A DNA stretch of 64,000 nt from Tubiluchus corallicola. Its lineage: Eukaryota > Animalia > Priapulida. Under the pieces are notes generated by a model. That model did not search any database. It saw only the letters and a list, made by a program, of their open reading frames with translations, and was not told the DNA's origin. The stretch is taken from positions 46,850 to 110,849 of the forward strand of contig JAQGDQ010000697.1 in NCBI GenBank assembly GCA_030141605.1, written 5' to 3'. Every line of letters starts with the position of its first letter. Position 1 is the first letter of the stretch. The translations under genes were made by a program, and so were the position numbers. This document shows, in pieces, positions 25,863 through 39,118 of the stretch.

Positions 25863-28800
25863 ATGAGGTCATACCATACACTGCTGCATTTGATTGTTTT
25901 CCTGTTCATTAACTGTAAGTAAAAACAAAAAATTATTTCTTAATGTCAGAGATACTTTTACTCTATAGTAATGCAAAGAAAATCTAGTTACATTATTTAC
26001 CAGTTTCTCAGAAACATTGTATTTCAGTGCACAATTCCAAGTGATAATTTAAAACTCTAAACATTTGATTTGTTGCAATTATCATAATACTACATGGTTC
26101 CACATATTTTCGCTCCTCCCTGTAGTATTATGTGCAGTTACACATTACTTGAGAGGATAATTTAAATGCCAAATACCCATTTTGGAAAGCTTATTTTGTG
26201 TTAGCACACCACAAACAATTTCAGTAGAAGCAATTAAACTCAAACGTCGTCAACACTACACACAAACAACAAAAGGAGACAAACAACTGCAAATCATTCA
26301 TTCTACAACGGCACACACATACAAAATTACCACCAACAGAAAAAGGTCATCAGGTGAAATTCAGATTACTGTTCCTACTCACTATCTTCAACCTCCATTC
26401 AACTCAATGGATGAAATACAAGAACTATGCAGTTAAAATCAGCACCTAATCAATTATACCATTTTCCTCCTAAGCAAAATTACGTTGTTGGAAAGTTTGT
26501 GTAAAACTCTGCTCATGGTAACAGTTGCTCTTTGTTGATGCAACGCCTGTTAAACTCTCATTCTAATTTATCTTTTTTTCAATTTCTTTTTATTAAATTC
26601 CTTATGTATGTAAAGCTTCTCATATTTTTACCAAAACCTTGTGAAAGTTTTAAAGTTTAATTGTGTTTCATTAACTATGAAAATAAAATTAATTGCTACT
26701 AATACTATGCAATTATTAAGTTTAATTACTATTTTAGACATACATAGTTCACTGCAGATAGTGGTCATATGCTTGCTACTGCAGCAGAGAATGTGAACCG
26801 ACAAAGTAATGCTGTCACACTGTACACATGTTACTTATATGTACAATTTATATGACATACCTGTTTACATTTATATATATTGTACTGCAGGGCTGTGATG
26901 AAATAGTGTAATGCTGGCAGGGGAATACAGCAGACTTCTCAGGTGTGCGTGTGAACGTGGCTTTAACTAGCACCTAGACTCTTATTCTGACCTTGTGTTA
27001 GTGGGAGCCACTAGTCACGTGCACACCTGAGCTTATAAAAAGGGAAGGTCTGCTGTAGATCCTTGTCAGTGGTCGTCTCATCTCAGCTCTGTTCACACTT
27101 CAGGCTTTGCTCTATTCGGTAACCTTTTTGGAATATTTTTTTTTGGTAATAAATTGTCATTTTTATTTTATTGTTCATTTTGGTTTTTGGTTTTGGCATC
27201 GACCTACTTGAGACATACCGCACGGTGTAGGTCGCGGTGCCATCCGTTCTGCCTCCATTAAAAGTGGAGAGCAGTCCATTATATATATTATGTATGCATA
27301 ATCATATATCTGTATATGCTCACTTGGTTATAATATTCTATTTTTCAATTCAGTTGATTCATTACACATATTAGTCGTAGCAGCAAAATCTAAATTTCTT
27401 ATATTTAAATTTGTATTTTTTACAGATGTACGAAGTGAATTACAATATTTTGAACAAGAACCTGAAGATGTTGCTACTCTTCCTGGAGAAAACGTTGTGG
27501 TACAGTTTGTAGTAAAAAGCGAGGTTCCACTAGGATATCAGTTTTTTTGGTTGCTTAACGACCAGATCATTGATGCAAACGTGGATGATAACTATACTTT
27601 TATTAACAGTAATCCTTATAACACTAGAAACTGGAGTATAAAGATTAAAGATGTAAACTTAGATCAACGTGATGGTTCCTATAACTGCCGAGTGAATGTT
27701 TTTGGTGAAGGAGGAGGAACTGATGAGTCAAACAAAGGAAATGTAACTGTTGTTGGTGAGTCAGTATTTTTAATTACCACTTTTCAATTTTTTAAATAAA
27801 TCAGTAATTATACAAGTTGACATTAATCTGTACAATATGATGTATTGTAATTACATTTACATTTACATATGATATGTTCAGATTTGATTTCCGCATATTA
27901 GATAATAAGAGTTTGTAAGTTTTACAGAAGGAAGTTAAAGTATGAATTGTCACAGTTTTGTAACACAACACCTGCTGTGATGCATCTACAGTTGATGATG
28001 ATATAGAATCAGCTTTTGCATTCTCGTTTGTATTGTTCATTAGTACTATTTTCCAAAAAGTTTTAATTTTTAAAGTAGATGCTTCAATTGTTAGTTTTTG
28101 TCTTTATCAATTTTTGTTGTAAAATTTAAGATGTGAGTAAAGTTTAGAGGTTCATTAACCTGGAAAATGAAATTTATTACTAGTTTAGACAAACGTAATT
28201 CCACTGCGTTAGCGACAGCATGCCTACTAGTAGTAAATGCTGACAAGACAATGCTGTCACACTGTATATGTGGGTCACTTATGTGTACAAGTTGCAGAAG
28301 TTGAGATAAAGTATGAAATGTCATAGAGAGTAGTGACACAATAGGTGCCCTGATGCATATTATTTTTTATTTACCATCTATCACACATTATATGATTTGA
28401 TAATAAAGATTAGTCCAAGGCCAAGAGTAGAAATGACCAGTTTTTACCCATATAGTGTAAGAAACAGTGACAGCGGTAAACAACTCTGCAGTAGTATTGA
28501 GTCAATGGAAAGCTGCCATTATTATGGAGCAGGTCCTGAGTGCTCTTCATTGGCGTTCAGTCCTTATCTATTTAGACAACATCATAGTCTATGGCTGAAC
28601 TTTTGAGAGTACCTCTCCCTCTTCCAGGAAGCCTTCGTGCACCTAGAAAAAGCTGAGCTTAAATTAAATGTTAAAAAATGTCTTCTCACACAGAAAGAAG
28701 TTACTTACCTTTATTACATTGTTTCTTCTGATAGTGTCAAGACTGATCTTACTAAAACTGAAGCAGTTTATAATTGGCCCCAACATCAAAACTTGCAGCA

Positions 28801-31800
28801 ACTTTTGCAGACTGTGTACTTACTAGAGGCGCTTTTTTACATTGCATCACTTCACATCACTTTACATCGCATCACTTCACATCACATCACATCACATTCC
28901 ATCACTTCATATCACTTCACATCACTTTACATCACATCACATTACATTGCATCATATTATATTACATAATATTATTTAGTACCAGCCAAGTATTTTCACT
29001 ACTAGTTCTGCTTCCCTTCTCATTGTCTTTGTGTCTACTCTAGAAACTCTTTAGCCATTGCTCATGAGACTAGACCTGAAACAAGATTACACTGTGATTA
29101 TTCAGCTATTTTGCTTTTCTCTGGACGCCTTTTTCTTTTCTTTTTGTATTTTTTTCTTTATTTATCCTAATTCATATTTTAGCAAGGGGTATTTGATTTA
29201 GTTTTCATTATTTATTCACTTAATTGTTGCTTAATTAATTCTTTCATATCTGACTTAGTGTATATAATATAGTAACTGTTGTGTAGAAACGTTATCTCTG
29301 ACGTGTATCTAGGAAATATTTGGAAATTTTGTTTATGAACTAATTTAAAGTCGTAATTATAATAGTTCCAGCAAATATTAGAATGCTGCTGAATGATGTG
29401 CCACATGTGAAACCCTCGATTACAGTTGAAGTAGAAGACATCTCTAATCAGCTCAAATGTGAAGCCAAAGGCAACTGCAAAGTTCTGCCTACCATAAGTT
29501 GGTTTATTGGTAATATCTTTCTAATTATTATATACTTTAATGATCTATGTAACGTATTCTGTTTTGATATAAATTAATCATATAATATCATCATCATCAT
29601 CATCATCATCACCACCTGACTAAGTTACTGCTTACATCAACACACACTCCATGCCAGCTTTTGTCATATTCTTGTCACCAGCACCACCACTACTACAGTA
29701 GCCCGTACTTAAACTATATTAAAATATTTTTAAATAGATTATCGTTGACATAAAGGAAATATTGTGTATGTTAGGTGCATTAAATCAAAAACCTATGTAT
29801 ACGTCACCTATATATCATCAGGTTATAATTTATATTACATGCAGGTTCAGCTCCTGTCAACTCTCGTTCAGAAACTATGCTGGATCTAAAAACCAATTTT
29901 ACTCATGTTGTGAGCACAATGGATGATTATTCATTTAAACCTGAAGATAATGGAAAGCAGCTGACCTGTCAAGTTTTTATACATGACATTTTGTCAAAAC
30001 AGTTTATTAACAGGACACTAAATGTACAATGTAAGTTAAATTTTTATTAATCTATCTTACTGCTAGATGTAAGTAAAATTTTCAGACCGAGTGTCCATGT
30101 TACAACAACCACATTAGGAACACGTTTTAAACACTGTGTATTGAAGAAGTGTATGTAGCATGCTGCAAATGACCTTGATGGGTCTGTGTCTTTTAGAATG
30201 AAAAAGTGAAGTAAAATTGAACAATAAATAAAAGTAACATTAAAATCAAAATTATTGTTAACGATGTTACAAATCCACAATTTTTTAGTTTTGATGTCCA
30301 GGCTTTTCTTTTCTTCTTTGACTATCTTTCTCTTTACCCTCTCGCCCTGTATCTCTCCTTCTGTCTTGTCTTGCATTCCTGCTATATATTAGGAGATTCG
30401 TTTTTGATACAGATATTACATCAGTTACCGTGAAATTGCCTAATGGAGATGATACTAAGATTACAGTTGGCAGTGGCTTTGAGCTGATTTGTGATGCAAG
30501 TGGAAACCCAGAACCTTCTTATCAGTGGAGTGGTCCTAATTTGTCAAGTGGAAACACCGGCAAAAAAGTTACGAAGAAAAATGCGGAATTAGTTGATGGA
30601 GGGACATACACTTGTACAGCTAGGAATGTTGTTGGAGAGAGAAAAGGCAGCTTAACTATAAAAATTGTAAAGGAAGGTGACAAAGAAGAAAGTGGTGATA
30701 AAGAAAATGGTGGTGGGGGATCTGGAGATGGGGATAATGGTAAGTGCATTGATTAAGGACCTAAGAGAATTAACCTTGCAAAAACACAAAAATAGTTGTT
30801 AGTTATGTAATAGTTTTGTTTCTGTTACCGGAGTGTCGTACATTTTCATTTGCGATTGATAACTGAAAGTACTACTACCAATAATTAGACATGTGCTGAC
30901 ACCTACAATTAAGATTGTTCATTTTTGTAACTTAATTTAAGTTTAATGAAGAGTGATAGAGTGAGATTGAATTATTTTATATTAATTAATTATGCACATC
31001 ATGTGATTAATAAGCACAACAAATTGTTTAACATTAAGTCCATTCTTATAAAATGTTGTAATATTAAGCACATTTGTTATAATTAATGATCAATGACATC
31101 AGCTGCCCTTTTTCCTAGAATCAATGTTAACAGCTGCGTCAGGACAATGGCTTCCTAGAAAGAGCAATGACCAGCTGCACACAGTTCTTAGAAACTGTTA
31201 CAGGGCAATGCCTCACTGTGCTCATTTCCCTGTTTCCTGGAAACAGTTATGAACAGATGTGCTCATTTCCCTATTTCCTGGAAACAGTTATGACCAGATG
31301 TGCTCATTTCCCTACTTCCTGGATACAGTTATAACCAGATGTACTGATTTCCCTACTTCCTGGAAACAGTTATGACCAGATGTACTCATTTCCCTATTTC
31401 CTGGATACAGTTATGACCTAGTTATGACCAGATGTACTGATTTGCCTACTTCCTGGATACAGTTATGACCAGATGTACTGATTTCCCTACTTCCTGGATA
31501 CAGTTATAACCAGATGTACTGATTTCCCTACTTCCTGGAAACAGTTATGACCAGATGTACTCATTTCCCTATTTCCTGGATACAGTTATGACCTAGTTAT
31601 GACCAGATGTACTGATTTGCCTACTTCCTGGATACAGTTATGACCAGATGTACTGATTTCCCTACTTCCTGGATACAGTTATGACCAGATGTACTCATTT
31701 CCCTATTTCCTGGATACAGTTATGACCAGATATGCTTACTTTCTAGAAATAACCGAAATCACCTGCATCCACTTCTTGGCTTCGTTGACAGCTTTCCTTT

Positions 31801-32224
31801 CAGATTATAATTTTTCAAATTTTTTTAAACAAAGAGTGAACGAATTATGCAAAGTAATTCTAAGAATTTTTTGATAAATCATAAAAAATAAACAAATTAA
31901 TACTATGTTGATAATGCAAAGAATTAATTAGCTTCAATGTATATTGATTACTAATGGTGTACTGATCCTGGGACCTACATTTTAAGTTTATTGATTCTAG
32001 CCCTTTGCATTTGGGAGTTAAGAAGAATTAAATAGTTGAAAATTGAATGCCTAACATCATGATGAAAAACCAGCATAAGGCCTGTAGCTCCTACATCTAT
32101 GACTTTATTCACAAGCACTAATGTTCTTTATTTTGTTTCAGGACAAAATGGTTGCAATTTTCCGAGAGCGTTCTTGATTGGACACGTTGTTATTCTCACT
32201 GTTATTGTTCATTTTGTCAGATGA
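25863..32224 (+). CDS. IgSF gene 3: GPI-anchored 3-Ig protein, about 373 aa, V domain with B-strand Cys replaced by Phe
   Basis: Exons: 25863-25914 (leader), 27426-27755 (V4), 29366-29509, 29845-30030, 30413-30739, 32142-32224 (GQNGCNFPRAFLIGHVVILTVIVHFVR*). All GT-AG and phase 1; 1122 nt open. Confidence 0.85.
26907..27275 (+). mobile_element. Probable LTR (Gypsy-like) in intron 1 of gene 3
   Basis: Starts TGTAATG and ends CATTAAA (one mismatch from CATTACA), followed by PBS-like AGTGGAGA. Contains TATAAAA (about 27034) and AATAAA (about 27148); GC-richer than the flanks; absent from gene 2 intron 1. Confidence 0.5.
28524..28803 (+). mobile_element. Ty3/Gypsy RT fragment, copy 3
   Basis: Near-identical to 16651-16930, in the same V-C2 intron position. 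Confidence 0.8.
31110..31750. repeat. 41-bp intronic tandem repeat, gene 3 paralogous copy (expanded)
   Basis: Same unit as in genes 1 and 2 with more copies. Confidence 0.88.
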
Positions 32225-33487
32225 GTCAGAATTTATGCTTAAACTAAAATGTCTGTGATTTTAAAACTTTTGTGTATTGTGTAAATATTTTTATCATGGT
32301 GTGGAAATAGTTGACCCATGTCTGTACAAAATAGGCCTATCTTACCTTAGTCAGTTTAAGTCTGAGGTTAAATTATAATAAGAGATATAGTTGTGGTTTC
32401 TTCCATCAATGTCCAGTCAAGCAAAATTTATTAACTTGTATGTAGCTGTTGTTGTGCTCTCTAAATTTTTGTTTACAGTAAATTTGGTTTCTGAACTTAT
32501 GTGCACATTTCAAAGTAAATTAAATTTAATGAATTTTAGTTTTATTACATGTGTATTTTGATGGAACATTTTAATGTGATTTTATGTTTTTGAATCATGA
32601 TTATGAGAATTGGGTGCAAATATCATCATTTTAATGATGGCTGTTACAGGATGAACAGTGATGAACCAAAGTAGTGTGTTACAGTTGTACAAAAAATTAA
32701 TATCTGAAAGAAAAGTTTCTACTGAGTTTGCTACCTACACGTAGCAAAAACAATAACATATATATCTAAGTTTTTTCCCCCCGAGTAACGAATATTACTT
32801 TTCTTACTTTGACAAAGGTTTACAACACGCCGTCATGCACTTCTAAACAAAGTAAAATCATGTCACACAAAATAAATGAGAAATTACTTAAATGGTAGCA
32901 TAACTTGTTCATCCTCTTTGTACACGGTTTTTTGTTTATAAAAAAAAAGAAATTTATATCTTTACGTCTCAAAACCTTTTTAAACAGCCCGGGAGGTGTC
33001 GACATTCGTGTAAGTTCATTTACACTAGCACCCATTCCATTAATTCTTGGCTGCAGCCTGTAAACTTTCTGTAAAATTTTTATGAAGTTTTGCACACATT
33101 ATTAATATGAATTGTTGTCAGCAATTTATTTACAATCAGATCAGTCATGTGATCACACTAACGTGTAATAATCACTTGTTTTTTAATAATATGGATCTTA
33201 TGAAAAGCTGATTCAGTAACTGCTTGTGGTGTGTTATTAAATGCGTTGTTAAAATGTTGTGTTCACGTTTGTCCTGTAATTATACATTTAGTTTAAACAT
33301 CATTTATGGGAGTATACAAACAGAATAAAAGTGTCTGATTTGTTTATATACAAAAATTGTTTATATACAAAAATACACAACGAAAAATATCCAAGCAATA
33401 AGCAATAAGCAATTATGGTGTGGGGGGCGGGGAATCGTGACCCTACAAGGGTTAAGCAAACATACTAACATTACATGAGTAAACATA

Positions 33488-34330
33488 AAAACACTCCAAT
33501 TTACATTTCAAGAACAAGTCAAATCATTTCATCAAACTATTTACAATGGAGAAAAAAGTCAAAAACTCCAATTTACATTTCAAGAACAAGTCAAATCATT
33601 TCATCAAACTATTTACAATGGAGAAAAAAGTCAAAAACTCCAATTTACATTTCAAGAACAAGTCAAATCATTTCATCAAACTATTTACAATGGAGAAAAA
33701 AGTCAAAAACTCCAATTTACATTTCAAGAACAAGTCAAATCATTTCATCAAACAATTTACAATGGAGAAAAAAGTAAAAAACTCCAATTTACATTTCAAG
33801 AACAAGTCAAATCATTTCATCAAACAATTTACAATGGAGAAAAAAGTAAAAAACTCCAATTTACATTTCAAGAACAAGTCAAATCATTTCATCAAACTAT
33901 TTACAATGGAGAAAAAAGTCAAAAACTCCAATTTACATTTCAAGAACAAGTCAAATAATTTCATCAAACTATTTACAATGGAGAAAAAAGTCAAAAACTC
34001 CAATTTACATTTCAAGAACAAGTCAAATCATTTCATCAAACTATTTACAATGGAGAAAAAAGTAAAAAACTCCAATTTACATTTCAAGAACAAGTCAAAT
34101 CATTTCATCAAACTATTTACAATGGAGAAAAAAGTAAAAAACTCCAATTTACATTTCAAGAACAAGTCATATTATGAACACCAAACAATTTATTTACAAT
34201 GGAGAAAAAAGTAAAAAAACTCCAATTTACATTTCAAGAACAAGTCATATTATGAACACCAAACAATTTATTTACAATGGAGAAAAAAGTAAAAAAACTC
34301 CAATTTGCATTTCAAGAACAAGTCATATCA
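33488..34330. repeat. 72-bp minisatellite (about 11-12 copies)
   Basis: Unit AAAACTCCAATTTACATTTCAAGAACAAGTCAAATCATTTCATCAAACTATTTACAATGGAGAAAAAAGTC. Confidence 0.95.
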
Positions 34331-34959
34331 TTTCATCAACATTTCATCAAACAATATTCAAAAAACTTCTGTATTTACATATTTACATAATTCTGTAGTT
34401 ATAGCAGTGGTTATACTAAGAGTTAAGCTGCTATATTATGTACTTATGAAGGCTCGGTAACTGGACCCATGGAGGACTCCGTATTTTTGTTATGATTACT
34501 ATTATGTTCATTAAAATATATGTAGAAAAAATGTTCAAAACGTTCCAAATATGTTCAACTGAACATTTCTTTGATGTTCAAAAATGCTCATTCTGACATT
34601 GCGAACAAGTTCAAGATTCAACTTCTCCTGTTATGAGCAAAAATATTCATTTTAATGTCAGCAAAAAGCTAACGCAGTTTCTCTTTGGAGGTTATAAGCA
34701 AAAATATTTACATCAATGTTGGCACGTTAAAAGCCAGTGCAAGGTGACCCAAATTTCTCTCCGGAAGCTTGGAGAATTACGTTTCAATTTGAACGTTAAT
34801 TGCTATTAGCAATTTAGAGCTTCAGCATCATCAGCGAATACATTACAGTTTCTCGGATTTTTTAATATAAAATATAAAAGTGCTTACATATTTAACATAA
34901 TATTTAAAGTTGATATTCAACACAAATTTTCTGCAATGCATTGTATTCTAAAGTGCAAT

Positions 34960-35350
34960 ATATGCTGGAATATATTCTAGTAATTGTCACATATCCCATA
35001 AGCTGCAATATTCTATTAACTGCCATATATCGTAGCAACTGTGGTATATTCTATTAATGGTAACATACACTATATGCTGCAATATTCTGTTAACTGCAAT
35101 ATATCGTAGCAACTGCAGTATATTCTATTAATGGTAACATACACTATACGCTGCAATATTCTGTTAACTGCAATATATCGTAGCAACTGCAGTATATTTT
35201 ATTAATTGTAACACGTCCTATAAGCTGCGATATTTCTAGAAACTGCAACCTTCAACAAACAACAATATATCATACAAACTGCAATATGTTCTATTAATTT
35301 TTACATATCCTTTAAGCTGCAGTATTTCTAAAAACTGCAGTATACTGTAT
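34960..35350. repeat. Degenerate tandem repeat (about 74-bp period, CTGCAATAT-rich subunits)
   Basis: Two near-perfect copies at 35045 and 35119 with decayed flanking units. Confidence 0.7.
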
Positions 35351-35450
35351 AAGCTACAGTATGTTAAGTTAGTTGCACTGTATCGTATACAAGTTGTGCA
35401 TAAAAACTAACTATTTATAAGATAGAGTAACCACGATGCTGATGATGCTG

Positions 35451-36061
35451 GATGTTTGTGAGGCGGCAGTTACCGAGCCGATGAGGAGGAATTTTCTGAA
35501 GAGCAGGGGGAGGGGGATTGAAAACAATCATTAATAATAATTTCTATTTCTGGTGCTTTAATTAAGAAGCGTAATTGTTTAAAGTACGCTCAAAACGCTT
35601 TAATGATTTGAAGCACAAATGTTGTTTTAATTAAGAAGCGTAATTGTTTTAAGTACGCTCAAAACGTTGTAATGAATCGAAGCACAAATGTTGTTTTAAT
35701 TAAGAAGCGTAATTGTTTAAAGTACGCTCATAACGTTTTAATGATTTGAAGCACCAATGGTTCTTTAATTAAGAAGCGTAATTGTTTAAAGTACGCTCAT
35801 AACGTTTTAATGATTTGAAGCACCAATGGTTCTTTAATTAAGAAGCGTAATTGTTTAAAGTACGCTCATAACGTTTTAAGGATTCGAACCGTTAAAAGTT
35901 TTCATAATAGAATTGATCCCCCTCCCATGCCGATAGTGACCAGGCGGTGGGAAGCTAATTTTTAATAACATGGCGACACATATTTCAGCCATATTTAATA
36001 TTTTAGCCATATTTAATTGATTATATATTCAAACATTATCTATACATGGACAGCCATGGTT
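35451..36061 (+). pseudogene. Shattered remnant of the last exon of the C2HC zinc-finger gene
   Basis: Colinear exact pieces of the reverse complement of 52386-52793: GATGTTTGTGAGGCGGC (35451), GATGAGGAGGAA..GAAGAGCAGG (35480), CGATAGTGACC + GGCGGTGGGAAGCTA (35931), CATGGACAGCCATGGTT (36045). Confidence 0.65.
35557..35880. repeat. 69-bp tandem repeat (about 4.5 copies)
   Basis: Unit begins TTAATTAAGAAGCGTAATTGTTTAAAGTACGCTC. Confidence 0.92.
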
Positions 36062-36359
36062 ACAATATTAGGCAACATCTTTAAATTATGCAAGGTGGCA
36101 AAACTTGATGCCTATAGTCAAAATAAACGCTTGACTATTTACAAGGTTTAAATTATGCAAGGTGGCAAACTTGATGCCTATAGTCAAAATAACAGCTTGA
36201 CTATATACAAGGTTGTGTGTCATAATAGCAATTATTTTCATAGAAGAAACATTCAGCCATTATTCCTCATATACTGGAAAAGGATGAACAAATCTTTGTA
36301 TGACGAAATGATGGAAATTAACATTACTGGTTCATGTAAAAAATGTAGTGATAGTGGTC

Positions 36360-36725
36360 AACGTGTCACATAAAATGATGTGATAGTAACGAAAAAACTG
36401 CCATCAAGGCGTCAAATGAAGAGACATGATAACGTGATGGGAGTCACTATTAATGTCTTCATCGAGTAACATGATACATAGCCATGTCACAGTATAGTGA
36501 TGGATGTTATAGAACAGTGATGGAAAGTACCATCGTCAACGTGTGACATAAAATGATGCAATAGTAACGAAAAAACTGCCATCAAGGCGACAAATGAAGA
36601 GACATGGTAACGTGATGCGAGTCACTATTAATGTCACGTGAAAAACTGCCATCAAGGCGACAAATGAAGTGACATGGTAACGTGATGCGACTCACTATTA
36701 ATGTCACGTGAAAAACTGCCATCAA
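36360..36725. repeat. 70-bp tandem repeat and local duplication
   Basis: AAAAACTGCCATCAAGGCG..CACTATTAATGTC recurs at about 36393, 36571, 36641 and 36711. Confidence 0.8.
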
Positions 36726-37184
36726 TGCTACAAATGCATTATAAGAGAGAAACTGAATATTTTAAAGAATTGTCTTGATGGAATTGAACATAATCACTGA
36801 TTATTAATCAGTACTAAAGCAGTAAACAAGTAAAACTGATAACAAAGTGGTGGTAACTACTGCTAATATATCACATAAAATGACATGACAATGACGAAGG
36901 TAAACAGTACCGAAACTAGAATATTTCAAAAAATGCCAAGGCATCAGGGAAAAACTCCTGTCATGACAGATGGAGAAATGCACGTTATGAAAGATTGCAC
37001 AGTTAAAACTGCTTGATAAAGTTGAACGTAACAGTCGGCATTGAAACTGTACCAACAATAACGGTACAGAAAACAGCCGCTATTTAAAGATTGCAAGATC
37101 AAAATTCCTTTGTTGAAACTGAACATGATCATCGAAAAATACAGTACGAAAAAAGGTTTCTCAAAGATTACACGTTCAAAACTT

Positions 37185-38240
37185 CATTAAAGATGAACGA
37201 TTGTTGACAAAATTGAAAGTTATTGGCATTGAACTTTTGCCAAAAATTATAGAACATACAAAAACTCCATTAGAGATTGAACGATTGAAATTGCAGTGGA
37301 TAAAATTGAAAGTTATCGGTATTGAACTCGTACTAACAATTATAGAACATACAAAAACTCCATTAGAGATTGAACGATTAAAATTGCAGATGATAAAATT
37401 GAAAGTTATCGGTATTGAACTCGTACCAACAATTATAGAACATACAAAACTCCATTAAAGATTGAACGATTGAAATTGCAGTGGATAAAATTGGAAGTTA
37501 TCGGTATTGAACTCGTACCAACAATTATAGAACATACAAAACTCCATTAAAGATTGAACGATTGAAATTGCAGTGGATAAAATTGGAAGTTATCGGTATT
37601 GAACTCGTACCAACAATTATAGAACATACAAAACTCCATTAAAGATTGAACGATTGAAATTGCTGTGGATAAAATTGAAAGTTATCGGTATTGAACTCGT
37701 ACCAACAATTATAGAACATACAAAACTCCATTAAAGATTGAACGATTGAAATTGCAGTGGATAAAATTGAAAGTTATCGGTATTGAACTCGTACTAACAA
37801 TTATAGAACATACAAAACTCCATTAAAGATTGAACGATTGAAATTGCTGTGGATAAAATTGAAAGTTATCGGTATTGAACTCGTACCAACAATTATAGAA
37901 CATACAAAACTCCATTAAAGATTGAACGATTGAAATTGCAGTGGATAAAATTGGAAGTTATCGGTATTGAACTCGTACTAACAATTATAGAACATACAAA
38001 ACTCCATTAAAGATTGAACGATTGAAATTGCAGTGGATAAAATTGAAAGTTATCGGTATTGAACTCGTACCAACAATTATAGAACATACAAAACTCCATT
38101 AAAGATTGAACGATTGAAATTGCAGTGGATAAAATTGAAAGTTATCGGTATTGAACTCGTACCAACAATTATAGAACATACAAAACACCATTAAAGATTG
38201 AACGATTGAAATTGCCGTGGATAAAATTGAAAGTTATCAG
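37185..38240. repeat. 92-bp minisatellite (about 11 copies)
   Basis: Unit CATACAAAACTCCATTAAAGATTGAACGATTGAAATTGCAGTGGATAAAATTGAAAGTTATCGGTATTGAACTCGTACCAACAATTATAGAA. Confidence 0.95.
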
Positions 38241-39118
38241 CACTGATCAATTATGGCACATGTAAAAACTCCTTAACGATTGTAGGATCAAAATTAAATT
38301 GATTAAATTGAAAATAATCAACAATGAAGCCTGACAAGAAATTAACTTCAAATAAATTGAAAATAATCAACAATGAAGCCTGACAAGAAATTAACTTCAA
38401 ATGGCTTTGCCAGATTTGTTCTGCTGCTTAAGAGACAGGAGTTTAAGATTAGGGATATTTTTGCATTCAACTGCAAGGTCATGTTGTTGTGGAGGGACTA
38501 CAACTAGACTCTTCATGAAAACTAATCATCTAAGCGTAGACATTGGACCAGGAAGGTGAACTGTGATTTTGATATGGTCACCCATTCATTTACTATCGGG
38601 TCTCTAGCTTCGATTGCTAAACTAAGTCAGCCATGTTTTGGCTAATATGATTTTAGTAGTGACGACTCATCCGTGTGCTATCTAGTCTTTACTCTATAAA
38701 ATTTCAATTCCTAAACAAAGTCAGCCATGTTTTAGCGTATGTGATTTTAGTAGTGGTCACTCATCTAATTACTTTCTAGTCTTAGCTCTGGTTAACTTCA
38801 CTTCAATTGTCAAGATTACTAATTTCGCCCTAAAGCTAGTTCGGCAAAAAGCAAACACCAGGCGGCACAACCAGTCAGCTAAAACACTTGCTAGTCACAG
38901 CCTAAAAAGCTTATAAATGAAATGCTTTGCAAAAATACAGATGGATTTTGCAAATATTAGACTAAAGTATTATTAAATAATTTGTGAAAGGCCTGCAATT
39001 AACAAGGTTAGGCTGGGAGGTGAATCAGGTTTTGAATTATTAGTTAAGGTAATGGACAAAATATAGGAAGTTACTTTTGAACAGGGATCTAAATGATCTG
39101 CATAAAAATTTGAAATCA

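Noticed and set aside
33440-33455. piggyBac-like end (..AAGGGTTAA)
   Set aside because: No matching TTAACCCTT left terminus was found nearby.
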